Shown in pieces: positions 42,621-53,840 of a DNA stretch of 64,000 bases. This DNA is from an uncultured Planctomycetaceae bacterium (GTDB taxonomy: Bacteria; Planctomycetota; Planctomycetia; Planctomycetales; Planctomycetaceae). The notes below the pieces were generated by a model. It had not been told where the DNA came from, made no database searches, and saw only the letters and a program-made list of their open reading frames with translations. Every line of letters begins with the position of its first letter. Positions within the stretch are counted from its first letter, which is position 1. The position numbers and the translations under genes were made by a program. The stretch covers positions 544,001 to 608,000 of the forward strand of contig CAWFGE010000015.1 of assembly GCA_963815195.1 (NCBI GenBank), written 5' to 3'.

Positions 42621-43875
42621 ATGTCGGCATTGGAACAATTGGACCCGGAAGTTTGGTCGGCTTTAGAGCACGAACGCGAACGCCAGCGGGACGGGCTGGA
42701 GTTGATCGCTTCCGAGAATTATACGAGCGCCGCCGTTTTGGAAGCGGCCGGGACGATCTTCACGAACAAATACGCCGAGGGCTATCCCGGCAAGCGGTAC
42801 TACGGCGGCTGCGAGTTTGCGGATGTGGTCGAAAACCTGGCTCGCGATCGGGTGTGCGAATTGTTCGGAGCCGAGCACGCGAACGTCCAACCCCACGCCG
42901 GCTCCCAGGCGAACATGGCGGTGTATTTGACGGTGCTCAAACCGGGCGACACTTACCTGGCGATGGACCTGGCCCACGGCGGGCACTTGACGCACGGGAT
43001 GCACTTGAACTTCTCCGGGCAGCTTTACAATCCGGTGCATTACGGCGTCAGGCAATCCGATCATCGGATCGATTTCGATCACGTCGCCAAGCTCGCCCGC
43101 GAGCACAAGCCGAAGTTGATCGTCGCCGGGGCAAGTGCGTATCCGCGGGAGATCGACCATCCGAAGTTCCGTGAAATCGCGGATGAGGTCGGGGCGCTGT
43201 TCATGGTGGATATGGCCCATTACGCGGGCCTGGTCGCGGGGAAGGTGCACAACAACCCGGTGGAGGTGGCGGATTATGTGACCTCGACGTCGCACAAGAC
43301 GCTGCGGGGGCCGAGGTCGGGGTTTGTGCTCACGAAAAAAGCCAACGCCCGCGACCTGGACCGCACGGTGTTTCCCGGCATGCAGGGCGGGCCGCTCGTG
43401 CACATCATCGCGGCGAAGGCGGTGTGCTTCGGCGAAGCCTTGCAGCCGGACTTTCAGGATTACGCCCGGCAGATCGTGGCGAATGCGAAATCTCTCGCCG
43501 AGACGCTGCTCTCCGGCGGGATCAAACTCGCCAGCGGCGGGACGGACAATCATCTGATGCTCGCCGACGTGACCGCGATCGGCCTCACCGGCAAAATCGC
43601 GGAAACCGCGCTCGATAAAGCCGGCATCACCGTCAATATGAATATGATCCCCTTCGATACGCGGAAACCGCTCGATCCCAGCGGAATTCGCATCGGGACC
43701 GCGGCCCTCACCACCCGAGGAATGAAAGAAGCCGACATGCAAGAAGTCGGCGAGTGGATCCTGCGCGTGCTCGAAATCCGCCGACGACGCGTCGGCCATC
43801 GCCGCGGTCCAGAGCGAAGTCCGCGAGTTCGCCCGCCGATTCCCGGTCCCGGGCATTGGCGAGCGTGGGACGTAA
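42621..43875 (+). CDS. glyA: Serine hydroxymethyltransferase, frameshift near 43775
   Basis: [37 protein letters not shown]. Confidence 0.97.
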
Positions 43876-43905
43876 GCATCGGCGAAACAATAACTGTCGA
43901 ATGTT

Positions 43906-43940
43906 CCCTCTCTCCTTGGGGGAGAGGGCAGGGTGAGGGG
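43906..43940. repeat. CCCTCTC...GAGAGGGCAGGGTGAGGGG palindromic repeat unit
   Basis: Hairpin ccctctctcc-ttggg-ggagaggg followed by gggtgagggg; single copy in window. Confidence 0.6.
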
Positions 43941-44126
43941 ACGGCAAATAGGGCAGTTATTGTTTCGCCGATCTAAGCTAAGCCCATGACGAGACTCAGC
44001 AACCAGAACACTTGCGACGGAATACTCTTACAAAAGAGTGTTTTGAAGCAGTTGAAGTGATCATGGGGCTAACGCCCCACGCTCGCTCGTGCGAATGGCA
44101 ATTTCTTTCTTACGATCCAGCATTCG

Positions 44127-44759
44127 ATGGCAGCCGATCATCCCGAATTGGATTTCGAGGCCCTCAATGCGGCGACGGAGTCGGCTGCAGAGGCGGGCAC
44201 CGCGGTCAAGGAACCGGGCGGCCCGCTGTCCGGGGAAGTCCTCAAAGCGAAACGCCGGCGTCCGCTGGGGGAAGTGGCCGCGATCTTGGGCGGCGTGTTT
44301 GCGGTAATGGGCCTCTTGGCCTGGGTGTTTTACGCGTTCTTTTTCAATGGGAACGAAGACGACGAGACCTCGATCGAACTGCCGCGGAACCGCATGGAAA
44401 CCGTGATGGTCGAATTGCCGGTGGGCAACGTCCGCTTTCACGGCCCGATCACAAAATCGCCCGGCAAGACGCAGCAGTGGGTGATGATCGTGGAAATCGA
44501 CGCGTCGATCATCGTGCAGGGCACGGCGAGCGAATTGGTCGAAGTCGAGGACCTGCTCAAATCGCACCACCACCGCATCGAGGAAATCCTCGATGAAACC
44601 GTGCGCTCGGCCAAGACCGAAGACTTAAGTGAACCCGACGCCTTGACGATCCGCACCCGGATTCGCGACCGGATCAACACCTTTTTCGGCCGGCCTTTGG
44701 TGAAGGAGTTGATCTTCAGCCACTTCCGCGCCTTCCGCACGCCGGTGAAGACCGGGTGA
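44127..44759 (+). CDS. FliL-like single-pass membrane protein
   Basis: One TM helix; C-terminal IRTRIRDRINTFFGRPLVKELIFSHF. Confidence 0.6.
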   Translation: MAADHPELDFEALNAATESAAEAGTAVKEPGGPLSGEVLKAKRRRPLGEVAAILGGVFAVMGLLAWVFYAFFFNGNEDDETSIELPRNRMETVMVELPVGNVRFHGPITKSPGKTQQWVMIVEIDASIIVQGTASELVEVEDLLKSHHHRIEEILDETVRSAKTEDLSEPDALTIRTRIRDRINTFFGRPLVKELIFSHFRAFRTPVKTG

Positions 44760-44821
44760 GCGGCACGGCGCTAGCCGCCGGTCTTGCCACGACGAACCGG
44801 CGGCTAGCCCCGTGCCGCTCA
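44757..44821. repeat. REP-like doublet between convergent genes
   Basis: Same arms as 37928-37992. Confidence 0.85.
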
Positions 44822-44822
44822 G

Positions 44823-45668
44823 TTAGTCGCGCAGAATCTGTAGCTCTTCCGGAGCGATCACCGCGTTCAGGCTGCCCGACCGGAAACCTTCTAAGTCGAC
44901 GGTGACGAAGCGAAAACCCAAGCCGCGAAAATGGGCGGCGATTTCGCGGCGGAGTTCGGGACCCAAGAGGCGGGGCAAATCGGGGAGCGGGACTTCGATC
45001 CGCGCGAGTTCGCCCGCTTCCAACCGCACCCGCAATTCCCGCAGGTTGAGCCGCTCGCGCAGGAACCGCTCCGCCGCATCCACACGGGCCACGCGCTCCG
45101 GCGTGACTTCCACGCCATAAGCGATCCGGCTGGACAGGCAGGGCATCGCGGGCTTGTCCCACACCGGCAGGTTCCATTCGCGCGCGAGTTCCCGCACCTC
45201 GGCTTTGGTCAGGCCGACTTCCAAGAGCGGACTGCGGACGGCATGTTCTCGGGCCGCCTGCATGCCCGGCCGATGATCGCCCACATCGTCCGCGTTCGCC
45301 CCGTTGACGACCTGGCCCCAACCCAGGCTCGGCAGCCAACTTTCCAGTCGGCTGTAAAGTTCCGACTTGCAAAAGTAGCAGCGATTCGTGGGATTCGCGG
45401 TGTAGTTGGGGTCGGCGAACTCGGAGGTCTCGATGATGTGGTGCCGAATGCCGATCTGCTCGGCGAGCCTTTGGGCTTCTTCTTTTTCACCCGCCGCGAG
45501 GCTGGAACTCACCGCCGTCACCGCGACCGCATCGTCGCCGCAAGCGATTCGAGCCGCCTTGGCGACCACAGTGCTATCCACCCCCGCCGAGAACGCCACC
45601 ACGACCCGCCGCATCTCGGCGAGCGTTTTCAGAAGCTTGTCGCGTTTTTTTTGCAGCAGCGAGTTCAT
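44823..45668 (-). CDS. larE: ATP-dependent sulfur transferase LarE (TIGR00268 family)
   Basis: AFSAGVDS, NRCYFCK, RPGMQA, PCLSSRI, GFRSGSLN. Confidence 0.93.
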   Translation of the reverse strand: MNSLLQKKRDKLLKTLAEMRRVVVAFSAGVDSTVVAKAARIACGDDAVAVTAVSSSLAAGEKEEAQRLAEQIGIRHHIIETSEFADPNYTANPTNRCYFCKSELYSRLESWLPSLGWGQVVNGANADDVGDHRPGMQAAREHAVRSPLLEVGLTKAEVRELAREWNLPVWDKPAMPCLSSRIAYGVEVTPERVARVDAAERFLRERLNLRELRVRLEAGELARIEVPLPDLPRLLGPELRREIAAHFRGLGFRFVTVDLEGFRSGSLNAVIAPEELQILRD

Positions 45669-45975
45669 TATGAGAGGCGAGGCGAAGTCCAGATAAGAAT
45701 TTGTGGCAAAACCTTCTTACTCTTAAATCTTACTCTTAATCTTACCCTTCACCAAATGGCTGAACCGCCTGACCATTCGGAAATGACATTGGAAATCGGA
45801 TTTTCCAACGAACATTTCTCCCAATTCGCGGGTAACCTGCATAGGGAACCGCCCTTGGAGCAGGTGTCCAGAAGAGCGGCTTTCATCGGGGCGAGGGGCT
45901 GTTTTATAATAGGGACGGGATTGGGCCAAACTCATATCGGCAACACGACTTTCTCAAATGCAGGAACACAATTCC

Positions 45976-47855
45976 ATGCGAGCTTCCGTGATTTTCCTGG
46001 CAGGCTTGGCGACACTTGGCGGCTTTTTGGTCGAAACCGCACCCGTTCAGGCGGTGCTTACATTGGGGCAGCGGCGGGAGCTGCGGGAACTGGAAACCGA
46101 AATCCGCCGGGTGAACAACCTGATCGACGACAAGGATTTCGACGCCGCCGAGAAGAAGCTCAAAGAGATCGAAGACAAAGTCGCCAAGATTCAGAAGGAC
46201 GCGATGGTCACGGACAAGGACCGGGCGATCGCGGGGATCAAGCGGGCGATTTTACTCCAGCGAAATCAGTTGGCCAAGGCGAAACCCGCCAAACCCAACG
46301 ATCCCAACGCGAAGCCGACGGTGAGCTTCACCAAGGATGTGCTGCCGATTCTGACGAAGAACTGCGGCGGCTGCCACGGCGACGCCGGCAATCCGAAGGG
46401 GAGCCTGCGGCTGAGTTCGTTCGAGAACATGAAAAAAGGGGGCGGCAGCGGGCCGCTCTTAACCATCGGCAACGCCAATCAGAGCTTGATCGTCCGCCGG
46501 ATCACCGCGCCCGCCAATCAAAAAATGCCGCCGGGGAATAATCCGCGTTTGTCGAACGAGGACATTCAAACCATTACCAAATGGATCAACGAAGGGGCCA
46601 AGGACGACACCGGCGATGCCAAAGTCGCCGACAAGAAGAAGATGGAAAATATCGTGGTCCCCAAAGCGACCGGCAAGGAAACGGTGTCCTTCACCAAAGA
46701 CATCGCCCCCTTCATGGTCAATCTCTGCGTGGGCTGCCATAGCGGAAAGGACCCGCGAGGCGGGCTGTCGCTCACGACGGTCAACAACATGATGATCGGC
46801 GGCAACAGCGGGCGGGTGATTATCCCCGGCGATCTGGATGGCAGCCGGCTGTTCCGGCTTGTCGGCGGCAAGGAAAATCCCCGCATGCCCCAAAACCAGG
46901 CCCGCATCACGAAAAAGAACTTCGACGATCTGCAGAAGTGGTTTCTCGAAGGCAACAAGTTCGACGTGGATGATCCCAATAAACTGCTGCGGGACATCGT
47001 GCCCACCGATGAGGAAATCATCGCCGAGCGGTTGGCGAAGTTTTCGGACGAAGAGTTCGCCCAACACCGCATGCGCCGCAGCCAGGAACTTTGGACGAAC
47101 GCTCTCACCAAGCAGACTTACCGCTGGCTGGAGACCCGCGAGTTTCTGGTGTACGGCAACGTGTCCGACGCCCGCATGAAGGAAATCGCCGAGTGGGCGG
47201 AAGATCACGCCGGCGAACTGCGGAAGACGTTCAGCGAAAAGGGAATCTACCTTTGGAAAGGCAAGCTGGCGATTTATGTGGTCAAGGACCGCTTCGATTT
47301 TGAGGCGTTCAGCAGCGTCAATCTCGGCCAGGAAGCCCCGCCCGAGATGCACGGCTTCGCCCGGGTGAAGAAGACTTCCGAAGATGCTTACATCGCGCTG
47401 GAGGACGTCGGCGACGCCGCGTCCGAAACCGAACCCAGTATGCGGACGAACCTCATCGAGCAAATCACCGCGGCGTTCCTCGAGCGGGACGGCGGCAACC
47501 TGCCCAGTTGGGTCAAGCGCGGCACCGGTTTGTACTTCGCCGCCCAGGTTCAAACCAAGAGCCCCTATTTCCAGGGGCTCAAAGCGTCCGTCCCCGCGAT
47601 GCTGCAAACGGTCACCAAGCCCGCCGACGTGTTTAACGACGGCACGTTTTCGCCGTCGGCCGTCGGGGCCGTGGGTTATACGCTCGTGGATTTCTTGATG
47701 AAGCGCCCGGCGGGGCTGGGACCTTCGGCCAATTCATCCGCGTCCTTAAGAAAGGAACGAAGGTGCAGGACGCCGTCAAATCGGTCTACCAAATCGACCC
47801 CACCGCCTTGGCCCAAGCGTACGGAGCCAGCCTCAAAACCGGCCGGCGGAATTAG
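45976..47855 (+). CDS. Planctomycete cytochrome c domain protein (two CxxCH), frameshift near 47720
   Basis: VSFTKDV...CGGCH...MPP and VSFTKDI...CVGCH...MPQ; signal peptide. Confidence 0.88.
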
Positions 47856-47891
47856 CACTCGGCTTTAATGAGGGGCGCCCATGACGTATGA

Positions 47892-48188
47892 TTGTTAAGG
47901 GGACCGCGTATTTTCTACTCGGAAAGGAAACACGGCCTGGAGAACATCGGTGATCTGTCGGAGGCCCAACGAAAGACACTTCAAGGCATTGGGGCCGGAA
48001 AGCATCCTATCTCAGACTTGCCACAAGATGTGCGGGAGCAGCTTGCGGGTCGGAATCCAGCCGGCTCCGCTCAAGCGGCATTCAACCAGGCTCGCGCTAA
48101 GTATTTGCTGGGTGAAGGACCGAATCCCGGCCGCTCGGTCAACGAATTTGCAAAGCGAACGGGCTTGCCAAAATTCAAGAGAGATTAA
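47892..48188 (+). pseudogene. Possible orphan polymorphic-toxin tip remnant
   Basis: Short ORF without a good start, directly before a small AT-richer gene; weak support. Confidence 0.35.
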
Positions 48189-48202
48189 ATCGGAGCCAAC
48201 AC

Positions 48203-48490
48203 GTGTTTCGCATTGAATTCAGCAACTCGAACGAGGATTCGATCTTCGTGCAAGTCGATCCTTGGGCGTGCTTGTACGAGCTAAGACAGGGAGACCGGAT
48301 CGAAATCGTCGCAGAGAGTGCATCGTCAGAACCTGTGTTTAGCATTGACGAATATGACCGCGAGAATCGCATTCTTACACTTTGGAATTGTGACGAGTTT
48401 TTCATCGTGCTGGATGGGAAACGAGTGCATTGGACAGAATTTCAGAGCAATTATTCAGAACAGCAACGATCCCAAAGTTCGGTTGAATAA
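48203..48490 (+). CDS. Small hypothetical protein, possible immunity protein
   Basis: 95 aa, GGAG upstream of GTG, visibly lower GC than flanks. Confidence 0.6.
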   Translation: MFRIEFSNSNEDSIFVQVDPWACLYELRQGDRIEIVAESASSEPVFSIDEYDRENRILTLWNCDEFFIVLDGKRVHWTEFQSNYSEQQRSQSSVE

Positions 48491-48581
48491 CTCCTATCCG
48501 CCATTTCCTGGTTTATTGGCCATTTGCCATTGAATGTTCTATAGTCGATGTTTTGACGACTAGCGAACCAGGATGCACAGC

Positions 48582-49718
48582 ATGGCGGATGTGATTGTGA
48601 TCGGCGGGGGCGTGATCGGCCTCAGCGCGGCTTACGAGTTGGCGGGGCAGGGGGCTACGGTTCATGTTTTGGATCAGGGACCGATCGGCCGCGAAGCGTC
48701 TTGGGCGGGGGCCGGCATTTTGCCGCCGGGGAACGCCGAGTTTTCTCTCTCTCCCGGACAGCGGTTGCGGTCGCTGAGCCATTCCCGCTGGGCCGATTTG
48801 AGCGAAGAACTGCGGGAGACGACCGGGATCGACAACGGTTACCGCGTCTCCGGAGGGATCGAGCTTCGCCTCAAGGGCCGAGCCGATCAACTCAATGACG
48901 AGATTGCGTCCTGGCGGGCGGAGGGCATTGCCGTTTCGGACGCGAGCATCGAAGACGCCCGCCGGTTGGAGCCTCGCATCCATCCGGAAGCGGCCGCGGG
49001 TTACCGCCTGCCGGAATTGGGCCAGGTGCGAAACCCCCGGCATTTGAAGGCCCTCGCCGCGGGATGTGCCGCGCGGGGTGTGCGGTTTTCGCCCGGCACG
49101 CTGGTGTGGGGCTTCGACCGGTCGGCGGAAAAAATCGTGGGCGTGAAGACTCCCGCCGGCATCGTCCACGCCGGCACGTTTTGCGTGTGTGCCGGGGCAT
49201 GGTCGGCGAGTTTGGCGGAGGCGGTCCATTTGAAGATTCCCGTCAAACCGGTGCGCGGGCAGATCGTGCTATTGAATGCAGAGCCGCTGCCGTTCTCGCA
49301 CGTCTTGCAAACGGGGCCGCGGTATCTGGTGCCCCGTTGCGACGGGCGGATTCTCGTCGGGTCGACGGAAGAAGACGCCGGTTTTGAAAAAAAGAACACC
49401 GCAGGGGGCGTGGCGGGTTTGATCCGCTTCGCCGCCGAGTTGGTGCCTTGTCTCGCGGACGCCGGCGTGGAGCGGTGCTGGTCGGGACTGCGGCCCGGTT
49501 CGCCCGATGGCTTGCCATATCTCGGACGGGTGCCGGGGACCGAAAACCTCTACATCGCCGCGGGGCATTTTCGATCGGGCCTGCAAATGTCCCCGGGCAC
49601 GGCGGTGCTGCTTGGGCAGTTGATCCTCGGCCAGGATCCGGGCATCTCCCTCGAAGGTCTCGCCTGCGATCGCCACCAGAACGAATCGAAGCCCGCGAAA
49701 AATCCCGCCCACGTTTGA
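48582..49718 (+). CDS. thiO: Glycine oxidase ThiO family
   Basis: GGGVIG, ASWAGAGIL, PVRGQI, GLRPGSPDGLP, GHFRSGL. Confidence 0.88.
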   Translation: MADVIVIGGGVIGLSAAYELAGQGATVHVLDQGPIGREASWAGAGILPPGNAEFSLSPGQRLRSLSHSRWADLSEELRETTGIDNGYRVSGGIELRLKGRADQLNDEIASWRAEGIAVSDASIEDARRLEPRIHPEAAAGYRLPELGQVRNPRHLKALAAGCAARGVRFSPGTLVWGFDRSAEKIVGVKTPAGIVHAGTFCVCAGAWSASLAEAVHLKIPVKPVRGQIVLLNAEPLPFSHVLQTGPRYLVPRCDGRILVGSTEEDAGFEKKNTAGGVAGLIRFAAELVPCLADAGVERCWSGLRPGSPDGLPYLGRVPGTENLYIAAGHFRSGLQMSPGTAVLLGQLILGQDPGISLEGLACDRHQNESKPAKNPAHV

Positions 49719-49775
49719 TGGCCCGCGATTCGCCCACTCGAAAAATCTCCAAGTCTGTTTTTCCTTTGGAAAGTG

Positions 49776-50998
49776 ATGGTGATGGTGGAACCCCGGCGGA
49801 TTGCCATTGTGGGGGCGGGGCCCATCGGATTGGAAGCGGCCTTGTTCGCCAAAAATTCGGGCTACGAAGTCGATGTGTTCGAACGCGGCGAGACCTGCCG
49901 GAACGTGCAAAGCTGGGGCCACGTCCGGCTCTTCAGCCCCTTCGGATTAAACGCCTCTGCCTGGGGCCAAGACGCGTTGAATCGCGAAGGCCAGGACGTG
50001 CCCGCCGAGGACGACCTTTTGACCGGGCGGGAGTTTACCGAGCGGTATCTGTTGCCGTTGAGCGGGCTCCCGCAACTGGCCAACTGTATTCATCCGCAAT
50101 CGGAGGTGCAGGCGATCGGCCGCGAAGCGTTGCTCAAGCAGGATTTGATCGGGAACGCCGCCCGGAAGCGGTCGCCGTTCCGTTTGCTCGTGGATGATCC
50201 CTTCGGCGAGCGAATTGTGCGGGCCGATTACGTCTTTGATTGCTCGGGCACTTATGGAAATCCCAATCGGCTGGGAGCCGGCGGCATTCCGTGCCCCGGA
50301 GAATTGGATACGCTCAAGATTCGCCACGACCTCCCGGACATTCTGGGGACCGAGCGGGACCGCTTCGCGAACCGCCGGGTGCTGGTGGCCGGCAGCGGTT
50401 ATTCCGCCGCGACCGCGGTCGCCTCGCTCGCCGAACTCTCCCGGTCCGCTCCGGAGACCCGAGCGGTTTGGGTGACCCGGAAACCTCAAGATGTCCCGAT
50501 CCCGCCCATCGAGGACGATCCGCTCACCGAACGGGTCCGTTTGACGAGGACAGCCAACGAATTGGCCACGTGCGCGGACGGCCCCGTGGAATGGCGGGCC
50601 GGTTGGCAGGTGCAAGCGATTTCCAGCCGCTCCGACGGCCGGTTATGGGCCGCGCTCCAAAATGCCGAGGGCTTTACGGAGCGAATCGCCGCGGATGAAA
50701 TCCTGGCCCTCGTCGGCTATCGGCCGGACCGATCGCTTTATGAGGAACTCCAAGTCCACGAGTGCTACGCCTCCCAGGGCCCGATGAAGCTCGCGGCGGC
50801 GCTCTCGGGCGAAACTTCCGCCGACTGCCTCGCACAAACCAGTCCCGGCGGAGAGACCCTCGAAAACCCGGAGCCGGGGTTTTTCATCCTGGCGCGAAAA
50901 GCTACGGCCGCAATCCGAAGTTCCTCCTGAAGATCGGCCACAATCAAATCCGCGACGTGTTTTCGATCCTGGAACGGGACCACGAAACACACGAATGA
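49776..50998 (+). CDS. FAD/NAD(P)-dependent oxidoreductase (ArsO-like flavoprotein), frameshift near 50890
   Basis: GAGPIGLEAA, WGHVRLFSPF, GSGYSA, QVHECYAS, GAKSYGR. Confidence 0.85.
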
Positions 50999-51034
50999 CA
51001 CGAAAAGGTTTGAGGGGAACTGTCGCTTAACTCT

Positions 51035-51266
51035 TTACGCCGAAGCCGTTATATAACAAATCCCAGGAAGGCTGAACTCATGACGCCGAAGGCGTTTCGG
51101 TCTGGGTGGCACGTCCCTGAGCCTCAGCGAAGGGCGTGGCCATTGCAAAGACCACGCCCTTCGTGCCTCAGGGCGTGCCACCCCGGTCCACTTGAAATGA
51201 GCGAGTCAACATTTTCCACCCCGCCGAAGGCGTTATACAACGTTTTGTTTAGCGCCTTCGGCGTAA
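51035..51266. repeat. Composite REP cluster: GGGTGG doublet inside ACGCCGAAGGCGTT repeats
   Basis: cgccgaag(g/c)cgtt three times plus an inverted copy at ~51252-51266; gggtggcacg...cgtgccaccc at 51104-51183. Confidence 0.8.
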
Positions 51267-51345
51267 GCGTTATTATGATTTGGCATTTGCTTCGGATTTC
51301 GGGATTCGAATTTCATCCTTTGGTGTCCATGCTGACGAGGTCTTG

Positions 51346-52251
51346 ATGAATCTCACAACAAATCTGGAAAACGCGCCTCGCATCACGCTGCGGTCGCTCG
51401 ATGAGTTGTGGTTTCAAGTGGCGGGGACGCTGTGCAATCTGGAATGCACGCATTGCTTCATCAGTTGCAGCCCGCACAACGACAGTTTCGGCTACCTTTC
51501 GTTGGAAGACGTCGCGAAAACGCTCGGAGAGTCCACAGCGTGGGGGGTGAAGGAATTCTATTTCACCGGCGGCGAGCCGTTTTTGAACCGCGACCTCGTG
51601 CCCATGCTCGAGCGCACATTGCAATACGGACCGGCGACGGTGCTGACCAACGGGACCGTGCTCAAACCCGAATGGCTCGAGCGGCTCGGGGACGCGGAGG
51701 CGGCGAGTTTGTATTCGCTCGAGTTTCGCGTGTCGATCGACGGGCCGACGCCTGAGATCAACGATCCCATCCGCGGGCCGGGCACCTTCGCGCGGGCGAT
51801 GCGCGGGGTGGCGGTCTTATCCGAGTTTGGCTTTCTGCCGATCATCACCATGACCCGCACCTGGGAGGAAACCCAGGACTCAGAAATCCTCGGCCGATTC
51901 CGCGAAGTGCTCAAAGAGCACGGCTGCGCGCGGCCGCGACTCAAAATTCTCCCCCGGCTGAAAATCGGCGCGGAAGCCGGGCGGACGGAGGGTTATCATC
52001 CGCTCGAGCGAGTCACGGCCGAGTTGATGGCGGGCTACGATGCAAGCCAACTGATTTGCAGCCACAGCCGGGTCGTGACCGATCGCGGCGTCTATGTCTG
52101 CCCGATTCTGCTCGATGCCCCGGACGCCCGTTTGGGCGAAACCCTCGAAGAAGCCGGCCGCGATTTCCCCTTGGCCCACGGCGCGTGCTTTACGTGCTAT
52201 CTCTATGGAGCGATCTGCACGAATCCCTCGGCGAGAAACCACGAATCATGA
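51346..52251 (+). CDS. Radical SAM protein
   Basis: CNLECTHC, FTGGEPF, LTNGT; C-terminal CFTC...C. Confidence 0.92.
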   Translation: MNLTTNLENAPRITLRSLDELWFQVAGTLCNLECTHCFISCSPHNDSFGYLSLEDVAKTLGESTAWGVKEFYFTGGEPFLNRDLVPMLERTLQYGPATVLTNGTVLKPEWLERLGDAEAASLYSLEFRVSIDGPTPEINDPIRGPGTFARAMRGVAVLSEFGFLPIITMTRTWEETQDSEILGRFREVLKEHGCARPRLKILPRLKIGAEAGRTEGYHPLERVTAELMAGYDASQLICSHSRVVTDRGVYVCPILLDAPDARLGETLEEAGRDFPLAHGACFTCYLYGAICTNPSARNHES

Positions 52252-52252
52252 A

Positions 52253-52375
52253 GAAAGTCGCCCTTCGTTCCGCGAAGGCAGCGGATTGCAAGAGGAAGCA
52301 ACGATCGAAGTCGCTACAGAAACTGTAAGCGAGCTGCTACTTTTCGCGACCATCGCGGAGCGATGGGCGACTTTC
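52253..52375. repeat. REP-like doublet GAAAGTCGCCC(T/A)TCG(T/C)TCCGCGA
   Basis: 23 bp inverted arms at 52253-52275 and 52353-52375, 21/23 match. Confidence 0.8.
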
Positions 52376-52404
52376 ATTCTCCAGACATCAACTCGAAACC
52401 GGCA

Positions 52405-53196
52405 ATGCACATCGCGTTTTTTGGCGGCGTTTACAATAACGACCTGGCGCTCGAAGCGGCGATTCGGGATGCGAAACACGCCGGGGCGGAGGCGATGTTT
52501 TGCCTCGGCGATCTGGGAGCCTTCGGGCCGCACCCGGACCGCGTGTTCCCGCTGCTCGAGGAAGCCGGCGTCATCTGCATCCAGGGGAACTACGATGATA
52601 GCATCGGCCATGAACTCAACGATTGCCAATGCGGTTACACCGACCCCCGCGACAATTATTTCGCCCAGATCAGTTACGATTACACTCTCGCGAACACCAG
52701 CCCGGAAAATCGCGCCCGCATGCGGGAGTTTCCGAAGGAACTTCGCTTGGAGATGGACGGCCTAAAACTTCTGCTCTGCCACGGCAGCCCGCGGAAGACG
52801 AACGAGTTCCTCTGGGAATCCACCACGAGCACGCAGTTTCTCAGCCGGCTCGCGGATGAACACGACGCGGACATCATCCTGGGCACGCACACGGGGATTC
52901 ATTGGGAGCGAAAACTCCCCGGCGGGGGGCGGTTTGTGAACGTGGGCGTCTTGGGCCGGCCGGAAAATGATGGCCATACCAACGTCTGGTACACTCTCGT
53001 GCGAACCGGAAAAGACGCTCGGACCGAACCGCTGGACATCGAATTTCGCCCGGTCAATTACGACCACGAGCGTCTGGCCCGCGAAATGCGGGACGAAAAA
53101 CTCCCGCAGGAATTCATCGAAACGATCCTCACGGGTTGGTGGACGACTTGCCTCGAAGTCCTCCCCGCCAAAGAACGCCGGCGGGGGAAGTTTTAG
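52405..53196 (+). CDS. Metallophosphoesterase family protein
   Basis: CLGDL, QGNYD, CHGSP, THTG; first motif atypical (GGVYNN); CQCGY insert. Confidence 0.9.
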   Translation: MHIAFFGGVYNNDLALEAAIRDAKHAGAEAMFCLGDLGAFGPHPDRVFPLLEEAGVICIQGNYDDSIGHELNDCQCGYTDPRDNYFAQISYDYTLANTSPENRARMREFPKELRLEMDGLKLLLCHGSPRKTNEFLWESTTSTQFLSRLADEHDADIILGTHTGIHWERKLPGGGRFVNVGVLGRPENDGHTNVWYTLVRTGKDARTEPLDIEFRPVNYDHERLAREMRDEKLPQEFIETILTGWWTTCLEVLPAKERRRGKF

Positions 53197-53226
53197 GCAG
53201 AGGAAAGATTGAGGAGGTGTGGAATC

Positions 53227-53676
53227 ATGCGAGCCGTCGTGCAGCGGGTCTCGCGGGCAAAGGTCGCGGTGGCGGAAGAAATCACTGGCGAGATCGGCCG
53301 AGGGTTTCTCGTGCTGCTGGGCGTCGCCGACGGAGACACCGCGGATGATGCCCGCTACCTGGCGCAAAAAATCGCCGGGCTGCGAGTGTTCGAGGACGAT
53401 AAGGGCAAAATGAACCTCGCGCTCGCGGACGTGGGCGGCGAGATGCTGGTGGTCAGCCAGTTCACATTGCTCGGCGACTGCCGCAAAGGCCGGCGGCCAA
53501 GCTTCGTCGCCGCGGCCCGGCCCGAAGTCGCGGACGAACTCTATCAACAATTCGTCGAGGCCGTGAAAGAGCAGGGCCTCCGCGTGGAGACCGGCCGGTT
53601 TCAACAGCACATGGACGTGGAACTCATCAACGACGGACCTGTCACGCTGCTGTTGGATAGCGGCAAAGCGTTTTAG
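53227..53676 (+). CDS. dtd: D-aminoacyl-tRNA deacylase
   Basis: [19 protein letters not shown]. Confidence 0.97.
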   Translation: MRAVVQRVSRAKVAVAEEITGEIGRGFLVLLGVADGDTADDARYLAQKIAGLRVFEDDKGKMNLALADVGGEMLVVSQFTLLGDCRKGRRPSFVAAARPEVADELYQQFVEAVKEQGLRVETGRFQQHMDVELINDGPVTLLLDSGKAF

Positions 53677-53770
53677 CTGGATCAGCGTGCGCCATTTTGG
53701 GCGTTTTTTAGTGGAAATCCGAAGCAGGAAATCCGAAACAAATTCAGTCGTTCCAAAAAAGGCGAGAGCG

Positions 53771-53840
53771 AGAGCCGCGCACGAAGTAAGCGGTCTTGCG
53801 ACTCTGAATTCAAAAAACCGCTTACTTCGTGCGCGGCTCT
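53771..53840. repeat. Palindromic element, copy 2, flanked by TCGGATT-type heptamer repeats
   Basis: 24 bp perfect inverted arms; inverted homologue of 13875-13946. Confidence 0.9.

Noticed and set aside
44127..45668. Orphan fliL-like and larE genes as a system
   Set aside because: Convergent and functionally unrelated; no evidence of linkage.
47852..47878. TTAGCACTC, a CIRCE left half-site
   Set aside because: Right half does not match, it overlaps a stop codon, and no chaperone gene follows.
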